Sequence record: PP180001
DNA length: 53,791 nucleotides
Direction: 5' to 3' (one strand)
Origin: Escherichia phage mEp010
Positions 44,899-53,791 of the stretch are shown in pieces. Position 1 is the first letter of the stretch. Each line of letters starts with the position of its first letter. The position numbers and the translations under genes are program-made. A model generated the notes under the pieces. That model searched no databases and was not told the DNA's origin. It saw only the letters and a program-made list of their open reading frames with translations.

Positions 44899-45630
44899 AT
44901 GGCACTTGAAGATAAAATGATTCGCTATGCGGCAGCCCACCCGCGCGAGGAAGTGTGCGGGCTGGTGATAGATAACGATTATTTTTACCCGTGCGCTAAC
45001 GTGTCTGAAACGCCGCACAACAGCTTTAAAATCTCGCCTGACGATTATATCAAAGCTGACGAATTAGGCGTTATAACAGCCGTTTTCCACTCCCATACTG
45101 ACAATTCATTGGTATTGTCAGCACGGGATCGACAACAGCAGGTTATTTCCGGCCTGCCGTGGTTTTTATGCTCCGGTGGCAGGGTTAGAAAATTCCGCCC
45201 GGTAGCGCACCTGTTAGGCCGTAAATTTGAGCACGGGAAAACGGATTGTTACTCGCTTTTCCGTGACGCCTATCACCTTTGCGGCGTGGATCTTCCTAAC
45301 TTTGAGCGCCACGATGGGTGGTGGCTGCGTGGGGAAAACCTGTACATAAAGAACCTGCCATTGAACGGTTTTTTCATGGTTGACGCGCAAAGCATTCAGC
45401 CAGGTGACGTGATTATTCGCCAGCCGTTTAAAGGCGCTGACCCATGCCACGCGATGATTTACCTGGGCGATAACACTGTTTTGCATCATGACAATGCCGG
45501 ACTGTTAAGCCGCCGAGAGCAAATGCGGCCCGCGTATGTTCGACAGACCAATTCAATATGGAGATCTGACAAATGCTCAAATTTAGACTTACGGGCAATC
45601 TTCGAAGATATTACGGCAAGGTGTGTTTAA
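44899..45630 (+). CDS. K: Tail assembly protein K (JAB/MPN plus NlpC/P60-like)
   Basis: Resembles lambda gpK; Met33 of track ORF. Confidence 0.8.
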   Translation: MALEDKMIRYAAAHPREEVCGLVIDNDYFYPCANVSETPHNSFKISPDDYIKADELGVITAVFHSHTDNSLVLSARDRQQQVISGLPWFLCSGGRVRKFRPVAHLLGRKFEHGKTDCYSLFRDAYHLCGVDLPNFERHDGWWLRGENLYIKNLPLNGFFMVDAQSIQPGDVIIRQPFKGADPCHAMIYLGDNTVLHHDNAGLLSRREQMRPAYVRQTNSIWRSDKCSNLDLRAIFEDITARCV

Positions 45631-46103
45631 ACGTTGATACGCCAGCACAAGGACTTCGCTTATTGACCGCACAGAATCAGGAGTTCAAGAAGGCTTTTTT
45701 AAGCACACCATTGCGCTTACGAATTGCCGGGAAAGATTATGACGAAAAGACCGCGCCAGCAGCGGTTAACAGTAAATACCCTGACGGGACTACCGTCATT
45801 GTTGCGCCAGTGGTGGAAGGCGGTATTGCAGGGATTGGCGTTGTAGGCTGGATTTTGATCGGTGTTTCGGTTGTTAGCGTTGCGTTCTCGATCTTCATGT
45901 CACGCAACATGAAGATAAAAACATCAGCAGAAAGCGCACAAGATAACACCATATCTAACAACACATACACCAGCGTTGAAAACAAGGTTGGCCAGGGTAG
46001 ACCAGTGCCGATCCTGTTGGGTGAAATGAAAATAGGTTCAAACGTCGGATCGTTAGGCATAGACACAAGTAATAACAAAGACGCCTTAGACGTTGTAAGT
46101 TAA
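45573..46103 (+). CDS. I: Tail assembly protein I
   Basis: Resembles lambda gpI, Gly/Ala/Ile-rich hydrophobic centre; overlaps K as in lambda. Confidence 0.75.
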   Translation: MLKFRLTGNLRRYYGKVCLNVDTPAQGLRLLTAQNQEFKKAFLSTPLRLRIAGKDYDEKTAPAAVNSKYPDGTTVIVAPVVEGGIAGIGVVGWILIGVSVVSVAFSIFMSRNMKIKTSAESAQDNTISNNTYTSVENKVGQGRPVPILLGEMKIGSNVGSLGIDTSNNKDALDVVS

Positions 46104-46116
46104 CAGGAGAAAAGCC

Positions 46117-49100
46117 ATGAGTAGCGGCGGCGGCAAAGCCAAAACACCAACATTATTAAACGATAACCTGTATCATAAACAGTTTTATCGTGTTTTAGAC
46201 ATTCTCAGTGAGGGGCCAATATACGGCCCTGTAAACCAGAAAGCGCCATTAAACAGCGTAATGCTTAATGACACGCCTATCACTGACGCCAACGGTAATA
46301 CATCAGTCCCCGGCGTTAGCGTGGCGTGGCGCAATGGTACGGCTGACCAGTCACCAATCAACGGCTTCAACGCCATTGAATCAACCGTTATTGTCAACGC
46401 AAAAGTAACTCACGATACACCAATAATCAGGACCATTTCAGATCCCAACGTTAACCGCGTAAGGCTGAATCTTGGCGTCGATTCTCTGGTTCAGTCAGAT
46501 GATAAGGGCAATCAGTACAATACATCCGTCACGTTGATGGTTGATGTTAAGCCTTCATCTTCAACAACGTGGTCACTGGTTAAAGATATTCACATCGGCC
46601 CGGGTAAACAAAGCGGCGAGTACCTCGAAGCGCACATCATCAAAGCGCCGGATGAAAAACCGTTTGATATTCGCGTTCGTCGCGTAACGCCGGACAGCAC
46701 GGGAGATCTTCTTCACAATGATACCAGGTGGAGCAGTTACAGCGAGATAATCGACGATAATTTATCTTATCCTCACACCGCTGTAGCAGGCGCGGTAATT
46801 GACCACGATCAGTATACTGACACGCCGACACGCACCTATCACATGCGTGGTCTGATTGTTGATGTCCCTGATAACTACGACCCGGAAACGCGCACGTACT
46901 CAGGTTTATGGCTTGGTGGCTTTAAAAAGGCGTACACCAATAACCCTGCATGGCTTTTCCGGTATCTGGTTAAAAATGAACGCTTCGGGCTTGCCCGCCA
47001 CGCTGGTTACATCGACATTGATGACGGAGCACTGTATACGCTTTCTCAATACTGCGACCAGTTGGTAAACGACGGTTACGGCGGCTTTGAACCTCGCATG
47101 ACGCTTAATGCTTACATCACTGAGCAAATGAGCGCCCGCGACCTACTGGATAATATTGCAGGCATGTTCCGTGGTATCGCGTTATGGGACGGGCAGCGCC
47201 TTACGGTGATGATTGATGCACCGCAGGATCCAATTGCCACCATCACAAATGCCAATGTCGTTGATGGCGCGTTTACTCGTTCAAGTATCGCCCGCGCAGA
47301 ATCTTACAACGCCGTGATCGTGTCATGGACTGACCCGGAAAACGGTTGGGAACAATCAAAAGAATACGTGGCAGATGACGAACTGATCGCCCGCGATGGT
47401 TACAACGAAACCACGTTGGAGGCTTTCGGTTGCACGTCACGCGGGCAGGCGTACCGCGCTGGCAAATGGCTGATAGAAACAGCAAAGCGCGAACCATCAA
47501 AATTCACGTTTAAAATGGCCCGTGACGCAATTCACTTCACACCAGGGGATATTATCGAGATACTCGACAATAACCGCGCTGGCGCTCGTTTGGGCGGTCG
47601 TATCGTGGCGAATAACGGGAAGGTTATAACTGTAGACAAGGTTGATTCTGACCTGGTGGCGGCTGGTGACACTATCAGCTTGCTGGATAGCGACGGCAAG
47701 TTTAAAAAACATCAGATCACTGGAGTTAACGGAAACAATATTACCCTTGCAGCCGCGCCAGCATGGATTCGCAACGGAACCGTATTTGCTGTTTCTACTG
47801 AATCCGCAAAACCTGTTCTGTGTCGAATCACCAGCGTAGCAGAAACCGAAAATAACAGCGTGTACACCATCGAGGCTGCGCAGCATGATACGCACAAACA
47901 GGCCGTAGTTGATGAAGGCGCGATCTTCGAGGTAAACAACGACACGCTTAATCACTTCCGCGTGCCGAACATTGAAAACCTGAAGGTGTTAAATGTTGGT
48001 TCTGAAACTGTTCAATGTCGCGCTACATGGGAAACACAGACGACAACGCATCGCCTGACCTTTGAGATCCGCGTATATAACGCGGAAGGCCGAGTGGTGG
48101 CAGCTTATGAAACAACGAATTACCGCTATGATTTTTATGGCCTCGATGCTGGCAGCTACACGCTTGGTATTCGCGGTCGTAATGACACTGGCATGAAGGG
48201 GGCGGAAAGTATTGTGGACCTAGTTATTGGTGCGCCAGCGGCCCCGATTGGAGTTAATTGGGTTCCCGGTGTTTTCCAGGCAACAGTGTACCCAATCAGC
48301 AAAACAACCCTGACCACTGATACGGCATATGAGTTCTACTTCTCAGGTGAAAACCAGATCACAGACCCATCAAAAGTAACCACGCTGGCGCAGTTCACCG
48401 GGCGCGGCTACCAATGGACGTTTGGCGGCATGAATACGGGCCACACATATTACGTTTATGTGCGCACACGCAATGCTTTTGGCGTGTCTGACTTTGTGGA
48501 GGCATCAGGTAAGCCTACAGAGAATTTTGATGAAATCAGTGACTACGTCACAAAAGACGTGATTAATTCAGAACAGTTTAAAGGGATGATTGGCGACATT
48601 AAAGATCTAGGCGACCGCGCAGACCTTATCGAAAGCGCTACAAATGACCTTAAAAACGCTACTGACAGCCTCAAAACTGCAACTGATAACCTGACAAACA
48701 TCACTGAAGATTTGAGGACTGACACGGACGGCCTAATCACAGAAACTGGGGCCATAAAAGCTGATACGGACACACTGAAAAAAGAAACGGAAGATCTTTA
48801 TAAAAAGGTTGGGGAAAACACCGATGGTATTGGACAACATGAGGTAAGAATTGACTCGCTAGAGGTATCCAGCGAAAGAATCGACAGCGAACTGGCGCAA
48901 GCAAAAGCAAGCCTGCAAAACGCATCTTTGGCGCTAATCAATAACTCGCTTGCACAGACCAACACGCGGGTTACGCTCACTGCACAGTACAAGAAAGGGA
49001 AATCAGAAACCAACGCGCAAATTGACCGCATTGACAACGTTATTGCTGAAGAGAAAAAGGCTACAGCTGAATCACTGAAAACCATCACTGCAGAAATGAA

Positions 49101-51240
49101 CACGATGGATTCTAACCTCAAAAGTCAGATCTCCAGTGTGGAACGTGCAGTGGCTGACGAAACAAGTGCCCGCGCTGAAGCAATTAACAGCGTGAACGCA
49201 TCAATAAGCAATCTCGACAAGAAAACCGACGCCAGCGTGAACCGCCTTGATCAAGCCATCGCAGACGAAACAAGCGCCCGCTCACAGGCTATCAGCGGCG
49301 TGAATGCGTCAATAAGCAATCTTGAAAGCAAAACAGACGCCAGCGTTTCACGTCTTGATAAGGCAATATCTGACGAAACGCAGGCAAGAAGCGACGCAAT
49401 AACAGAGGTCAAAGCTGATTTAACAACGCTCGAAAGTAACACAAACGCCAGCGTTAAACGCTTAGACCAGGCTATTGCTGACGAATCAAGCGCCCGTGCT
49501 CAGGCTATATCTGGAATCAGCGCCGAACTTGGCAAGGTTGAAAATAACGTTGACAAGAACAGCGACGAAATAAGCCAGACCAAAGCAAGCCTGCAAAACG
49601 CCTCGATTGCGCTGATTAACAACTCAATCGCTCAAACCAACACGCGTGTTACGCTTACGGCCCAATACAAGAAAGGACGCAGCGAAACCAACGCGCAAAT
49701 TGACCGCATTGACAACGTTATTGCTGAAGAGAAAAAGGCTACAGCGGAAGCAGTTAGCGTGGTGAAAGCATCGATCACGGATCTTGATAAGAAGACTGAC
49801 GCGAGTGTTTCCCGTCTCGACAAGGCTATCGCTGACGAAACCAGCGCACGCAGCGAGGCGGTAAGCGACGTTAACGCAAGCGTTTCAGCGCTCGACAAGA
49901 AAACCGACGCCAGCGTTAAACGCCTGGACCAGGCAATTGCAGATGAGACAAGCGCAAGAACTGAAGCTATCAGCGGTGTGAACGCAAGCATTAACACGCT
50001 TGAAAGCAACACTGAATCTGAAGTTAACAGAATTGACCAGGCAATCGCTGACGAGGCCAGCGCCCGCGCTCAGGCCATCAGCGGCGTGAACGCATCAATT
50101 TCCACGCTTGATAGCAAGGTTACAAGCAACGTGACCCGCATCGACAAGGCCATTGCAGACGAAACGAAGGCACGCACTGACGCAATAAGTAGCCTTAATT
50201 CATCGCTTACCAGTACGATTAACTCGAAGGTGTCTGAGGTATCAACGGCGCTTTCTACACATGAAGCATCAAGCGCGGAAAAATTCGGCCAGATCTCAGC
50301 GTCTTTCGAATCCGTAAACTCAAGTATTACAGAATGGTCGCAGGCCATGACAACCGCTGACGATGCATTGTCAACCAAAATTGATCAGTTAACAGTAACC
50401 GTTAACGGGAACACAACGGCGATAGAGACAACATCGAAAGCGTTAACAGACTTCAAAGGCAATGTTGATGCGTCGTACTCTATCAAGCTGGCAACCGACA
50501 ACAACGGCATGAAGTACGCGACAGGTATGTCGCTTGGCCTTACTGGTGACGGCACTAACTTTCAATCGCAGTGTATTTTCCTGGTTGACAGGTTCGCGCT
50601 AATGACTGCGGCAAACGGCACATATCAAACGCCTTTCTATATCGAAAATGGTGCAATGTATGTACGGGAAGCGTTTATTAAAAACGGTTCAATCGACAAT
50701 GCAAAAATAGGCAATGTCATAACGTCCTACAACTGGAACGGCAACGATCAAGGGTGGGCGATAGTTAAAGATGGCTGGGCTGTATTTAACAACGTTACAG
50801 TACGCGGCACGGTATACGCTAATGCTGGGGTGTTTAACGGTACTGTTTACGCAAATGACGGTAAATTCTCTGGAACAGTGGAGGCAAATTCATTTATCGG
50901 TGATGTTGCAAATATGTACACAGGATCTGACGTTAGCAGGTCAAACAATGGTGTACTTCAAAAAGTAATTACATATACAGACACAACAGCAGCAGCCCAC
51001 AGGAGACATATTTGCGTTATGGCAAACGTTAAAGGTAACGGTGCTTGCACAGTAAACATTAACGGATCAGAAAAGGGCTTGTCTGTAAATGATAATGAAC
51101 GGCTTATCATGCACTCTGCGGCGGTATATGGACAGAACGTTACAGTAGTGATTAGCATATCCGCTCAGAATGGTAGGGGTGCGTATATATTCTCACCGAC
51201 CGTTATAGTATCGCGCGGCTCTGGTTCATTCTCTGGATAA
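46117..51240 (+). CDS. J: Central tail fibre / host specificity protein J (expanded, 1707 aa)
   Basis: N-terminal and C-terminal thirds resemble lambda gpJ; ~540-aa internal coiled-coil repeat insertion. Confidence 0.85.
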   Translation: MSSGGGKAKTPTLLNDNLYHKQFYRVLDILSEGPIYGPVNQKAPLNSVMLNDTPITDANGNTSVPGVSVAWRNGTADQSPINGFNAIESTVIVNAKVTHDTPIIRTISDPNVNRVRLNLGVDSLVQSDDKGNQYNTSVTLMVDVKPSSSTTWSLVKDIHIGPGKQSGEYLEAHIIKAPDEKPFDIRVRRVTPDSTGDLLHNDTRWSSYSEIIDDNLSYPHTAVAGAVIDHDQYTDTPTRTYHMRGLIVDVPDNYDPETRTYSGLWLGGFKKAYTNNPAWLFRYLVKNERFGLARHAGYIDIDDGALYTLSQYCDQLVNDGYGGFEPRMTLNAYITEQMSARDLLDNIAGMFRGIALWDGQRLTVMIDAPQDPIATITNANVVDGAFTRSSIARAESYNAVIVSWTDPENGWEQSKEYVADDELIARDGYNETTLEAFGCTSRGQAYRAGKWLIETAKREPSKFTFKMARDAIHFTPGDIIEILDNNRAGARLGGRIVANNGKVITVDKVDSDLVAAGDTISLLDSDGKFKKHQITGVNGNNITLAAAPAWIRNGTVFAVSTESAKPVLCRITSVAETENNSVYTIEAAQHDTHKQAVVDEGAIFEVNNDTLNHFRVPNIENLKVLNVGSETVQCRATWETQTTTHRLTFEIRVYNAEGRVVAAYETTNYRYDFYGLDAGSYTLGIRGRNDTGMKGAESIVDLVIGAPAAPIGVNWVPGVFQATVYPISKTTLTTDTAYEFYFSGENQITDPSKVTTLAQFTGRGYQWTFGGMNTGHTYYVYVRTRNAFGVSDFVEASGKPTENFDEISDYVTKDVINSEQFKGMIGDIKDLGDRADLIESATNDLKNATDSLKTATDNLTNITEDLRTDTDGLITETGAIKADTDTLKKETEDLYKKVGENTDGIGQHEVRIDSLEVSSERIDSELAQAKASLQNASLALINNSLAQTNTRVTLTAQYKKGKSETNAQIDRIDNVIAEEKKATAESLKTITAEMNTMDSNLKSQISSVERAVADETSARAEAINSVNASISNLDKKTDASVNRLDQAIADETSARSQAISGVNASISNLESKTDASVSRLDKAISDETQARSDAITEVKADLTTLESNTNASVKRLDQAIADESSARAQAISGISAELGKVENNVDKNSDEISQTKASLQNASIALINNSIAQTNTRVTLTAQYKKGRSETNAQIDRIDNVIAEEKKATAEAVSVVKASITDLDKKTDASVSRLDKAIADETSARSEAVSDVNASVSALDKKTDASVKRLDQAIADETSARTEAISGVNASINTLESNTESEVNRIDQAIADEASARAQAISGVNASISTLDSKVTSNVTRIDKAIADETKARTDAISSLNSSLTSTINSKVSEVSTALSTHEASSAEKFGQISASFESVNSSITEWSQAMTTADDALSTKIDQLTVTVNGNTTAIETTSKALTDFKGNVDASYSIKLATDNNGMKYATGMSLGLTGDGTNFQSQCIFLVDRFALMTAANGTYQTPFYIENGAMYVREAFIKNGSIDNAKIGNVITSYNWNGNDQGWAIVKDGWAVFNNVTVRGTVYANAGVFNGTVYANDGKFSGTVEANSFIGDVANMYTGSDVSRSNNGVLQKVITYTDTTAAAHRRHICVMANVKGNGACTVNINGSEKGLSVNDNERLIMHSAAVYGQNVTVVISISAQNGRGAYIFSPTVIVSRGSGSFSG
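48880..50250 (+). repeat. In-frame tandem repeats inside J (about ten ~36-aa/~110-bp units; plus a ~170-bp block duplicated 678 bp apart at ~48904 and ~49582)
   Basis: Units of form DASV.RLD.AIADETSAR..AISGVNASIS.L.SKT; antisense track ORFs here are repeat artefacts. Confidence 0.7.
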
Positions 51241-51270
51241 ACAAAACCCCGCTTCGCGCGGGGTTTTCTT
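51241..51270. terminator. Bidirectional rho-independent terminator between J and the lipoprotein gene
   Basis: CCCCGCTTCGCGCGGGG hairpin plus TTTTCTTT. Confidence 0.75.
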
Positions 51271-51519
51271 TTAGTAGTTAGCTACACAATTAGAAGGGCT
51301 ACCGATGCGGCGCATATTGTGATCGAGTTCATGACACCATTGACCAGTATAAGGCAGTTTTTCAGTGTCATAGACAAGATGACCACTACCATCATAAACA
51401 ACATCCTGTGGAATTACTCCGCTATTCGGCAGGTTATGCAATGCAGCCTCTTTGTCAACAGCACAACCAGTAAGAGCTACAGCCGCAGCGAACAAAACCA
51501 CTTTGAATACGTTTTTCAT
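51271..51519 (-). CDS. Small lipoprotein (moron; candidate superinfection-exclusion or outer-membrane factor)
   Basis: 82 aa; signal peptide with lipobox LTGC; opposite strand between J and side tail fibre gene, the slot where lambdoid phages carry lom/cor-type morons. Confidence 0.65.
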   Translation of the reverse strand: MKNVFKVVLFAAAVALTGCAVDKEAALHNLPNSGVIPQDVVYDGSGHLVYDTEKLPYTGQWCHELDHNMRRIGSPSNCVANY

Positions 51520-51696
51520 CTTTGAATCCTCATTCTTGTTGGTTCATCCGGTTTATCCGGTGACTTGAATATCCGACAAAACCACATTTCGTATATTGAT
51601 ATAAATCAACAAATACATTTTGTGTAAGCAGAAAATGCAACATAGATCACAAAATGGTAGAATTATTCCGTTAATTAACATAATGGAGTCATTGCG

Positions 51697-53664
51697 ATGA
51701 TTTACACAACTGGAACAATTGCCATCAACGGCAACACTGTTACAGGCACGGGGACAAACTTTTCCGCGCCGCTTTCCCTCATCCGTGTAGGGTGCACGCT
51801 CATTGCCATCGGCAATCCTGTACAGATCTTTACCATTACGGAAATCAAAAACGGTACTGAACTATCAGTGACGCCAGCGGCTAACCCTGCGATCCCTGCC
51901 GGAACAAAATTTAGTATTCTGCTTTCTGATTCGATCTCAGTTGATGGGCTTGCCCAGGACGTAGCTGAAACGTTGCGCTACTATCAGAGTAAAGAAACAG
52001 AAGTAGCTGAGGCGCTTGAATGGAGTCAGGACCATATCGCAGACAAGATTGGGCTTGGTGCTGAACACCGAAACTGGCCTGATTGCAACGATCCTACTGG
52101 TTATATAGGTTTTTGTCGTGCTGTAGAAGCTGAATCACGTAACTTTCCGTCGATTGCATCTGGCGAAGTTTACTTGGTGGGTTGGCTTGCGCGTGGTGAC
52201 AATGCCGTTATTAACGGCTGTTTCGTTGGTACTATAAGCCTTTCACTGTACACATACAGATATAACCCAACAGATGGTACGAAAGTATGGACACGACACG
52301 CAAGAAAAGATGAGGTAAGCAGATTGACCCAGAGTGTATCTGAAACTGCTTTGCGGGCCGCAGGAGGGAAGCAAAAATTTGTTCTGTGGGATGGGGGTGA
52401 TGGGAATACTCTATCTTGGGGTGTTTGGGATGATGATGTTAGTCAATGGAGTCCGTTAGCAATAGCGCAGGGCGGTACTGGTGCGCTTGATGCTTTAACT
52501 GCTAGGAACAATCTAGGGGTGGGCGTGGGTGACAGTCCTCAATTCAGGGATGTGACTCTATCACGCTCAACAGATAACTCATCTGGCTGGGTATCTGGTG
52601 GTATACAAAGATCCGTACTTTTGGGATCTGACGGTACTACACGTGCAGAAGGTTTATTTTATGCAGAATACCAACAAGGTGAACCAACACAAATAACGCT
52701 TGCTGTACATGGAGTTAACGAAGGTTATGGCTATTTATGCTTCAATACAAGGGGGCAGATTTTAGCAGAGACAGCCATTTTAAGATCAACATACAATAAT
52801 CCACTTCTTATTAAAAGCAGCACACCAACAATCTGCTTCAATGAAGTGGAACGCCCTGACGGATCACCTTTTTACAACTTAATTTTTGATAGTGGTAACT
52901 GGCGCATTCAGAAAAACGGTGATGGGTATAATGGTGAATATGTAATAAGCTACAACTATACTTTTGATGAAATGGAGCTTCCCAACCTGCTTACAAAGGA
53001 TATTAAATTAAAATCAAATAATAGCGAAAAATCATTGGGGATTAAAGTAGAAGATAGCACAAATGTTAGCTCGTCAATAAGAGTATTTGGTTACGAAGCA
53101 GAAGGAAGGGAATCAGTTTTTGAGTTCGGTTATCTTAATAAAGAAACATCTGAATACGATAAATACGGCTTTTACTGCCAGCTTAACACTGACAATTCAA
53201 TTCATTTTCAGGTTAACGGCGCTGTAAATTGTACAACCTTAAATCAATCATGTGACCGCGACCTGAAAGACAACATCCAGGTTATAGATGATGCAACTGA
53301 AGCCATCCGCAAAATGAACGGGTACACCTACACGCTTAAGGAAAACGGCCTGCCTTACGCTGGTGTTATCGCTCAAGAGGTCATGGAGGCGCTGCCGGAG
53401 GCTGTAGGATCGTTTACTCATTACGGTAAAGCATTGCAAGGCCCGACCATTGACGGCAACGAGCTACGCGAAGAAACGCGTTACCTCAATGTTGACTATG
53501 CTGCAGTGACTGGCTTACTTGTCCAGGTGGCACGCGAAACAGATAATCGCGTCACCGAACTGGAAGAGGAAAACGCCAGCCTACGCGCCAACATTGCCGC
53601 AATGGATGAGCGGATCGCAAAACTTGAAGCGCTTGTCCTACAGTTAACCGGAAGCGAAAAATAA
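51697..53664 (+). CDS. Side tail fibre with C-terminal intramolecular chaperone (peptidase S74-type) domain
   Basis: 655 aa; C-terminal CDRDLKDNIQ...GVIAQEVMEALPEAV then coiled coil, typical self-cleaving chaperone module. Confidence 0.75.
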   Translation: MIYTTGTIAINGNTVTGTGTNFSAPLSLIRVGCTLIAIGNPVQIFTITEIKNGTELSVTPAANPAIPAGTKFSILLSDSISVDGLAQDVAETLRYYQSKETEVAEALEWSQDHIADKIGLGAEHRNWPDCNDPTGYIGFCRAVEAESRNFPSIASGEVYLVGWLARGDNAVINGCFVGTISLSLYTYRYNPTDGTKVWTRHARKDEVSRLTQSVSETALRAAGGKQKFVLWDGGDGNTLSWGVWDDDVSQWSPLAIAQGGTGALDALTARNNLGVGVGDSPQFRDVTLSRSTDNSSGWVSGGIQRSVLLGSDGTTRAEGLFYAEYQQGEPTQITLAVHGVNEGYGYLCFNTRGQILAETAILRSTYNNPLLIKSSTPTICFNEVERPDGSPFYNLIFDSGNWRIQKNGDGYNGEYVISYNYTFDEMELPNLLTKDIKLKSNNSEKSLGIKVEDSTNVSSSIRVFGYEAEGRESVFEFGYLNKETSEYDKYGFYCQLNTDNSIHFQVNGAVNCTTLNQSCDRDLKDNIQVIDDATEAIRKMNGYTYTLKENGLPYAGVIAQEVMEALPEAVGSFTHYGKALQGPTIDGNELREETRYLNVDYAAVTGLLVQVARETDNRVTELEEENASLRANIAAMDERIAKLEALVLQLTGSEK

Positions 53665-53694
53665 GAGGTGATGTGCGAAGAACATCGCCGCGCG

Positions 53695-53721
53695 AAACGA
53701 GGCTAACGCCTCGTTTCTTTT
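53695..53721 (+). terminator. Rho-independent terminator after tail fibre gene
   Basis: ACGAGGC-TAAC-GCCTCGT hairpin plus TTTCTTTTT. Confidence 0.7.
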
Positions 53722-53745
53722 TGTGTACCAAATTGTGACCAAATT
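53722..53745. repeat. 24-bp direct repeat, right copy (TGTGTACCAAATTGTGACCAAATT); candidate att core / prophage boundary
   Basis: 23 of 24 identity with 162-185; directly follows the tail-fibre terminator. Confidence 0.45.
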
Positions 53746-53791
53746 GATAAATCAAAAACAAAAACAAAGCATAAGATGTTGAATACAAATT

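Noticed and set aside
48543-50378. Several minus-strand track ORFs (48543-48773, 48737-48925, 48798-49121, 49251-49442, 49632-50012, 50070-50378) inside J
   Set aside because: They lie antisense to the in-frame J repeat region and have repeat-driven composition; artefacts of the tandem repeats, not genes.
1-53791. tRNA genes at the prophage ends as integration targets
   Set aside because: No cloverleaf-compatible sequence evident by eye at either end; cannot be excluded without tRNAscan-type analysis.

Overview
This window reads as one complete temperate siphovirus genome of about 53.6 kb, a lambdoid/P22-type mosaic, either integrated as a prophage or linearised next to its integrase. All calls are from reading the sequence and the ORF track by eye; no database search was run, so family names rest on remembered motifs. 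Layout, left to right: arm-like repeats and a 24-bp repeat that recurs at the far right end (162-185 / 53722-53745); int and xis; a leftward early operon (NinB, DnaB-type helicase, HNH endonuclease, HTH-metallophosphoesterase, initiator with in-gene iterons, Cro-position HTH); the immunity region (CI/C2-type S24 repressor flanked by nutR- and nutL-like sites); a rightward early operon (N-like ARM protein, Erf, SSB, small genes, Dam and C5 methyltransferases, NinG, RusA, a DnaJ-type zinc-finger protein); about 25 small late-region genes; a late promoter and terminator; lysis genes (pinholin, SAR endolysin, Rz with embedded Rz1); terminase, head and lambda-like tail genes (tape measure, M, L, K, I, an expanded J, side tail fibre). 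The most unusual feature is a tandem array of ten 22-32-codon paralogous membrane micropeptide genes that exactly fills the gap between the lysis region and terS. Other points of interest are four opposite-strand gene cassettes inside the tail module bounded by hairpin terminators, a recurrent ~13-bp ACAAAATG-containing motif at many gene starts and promoters, and a DNA-modification gene cluster.
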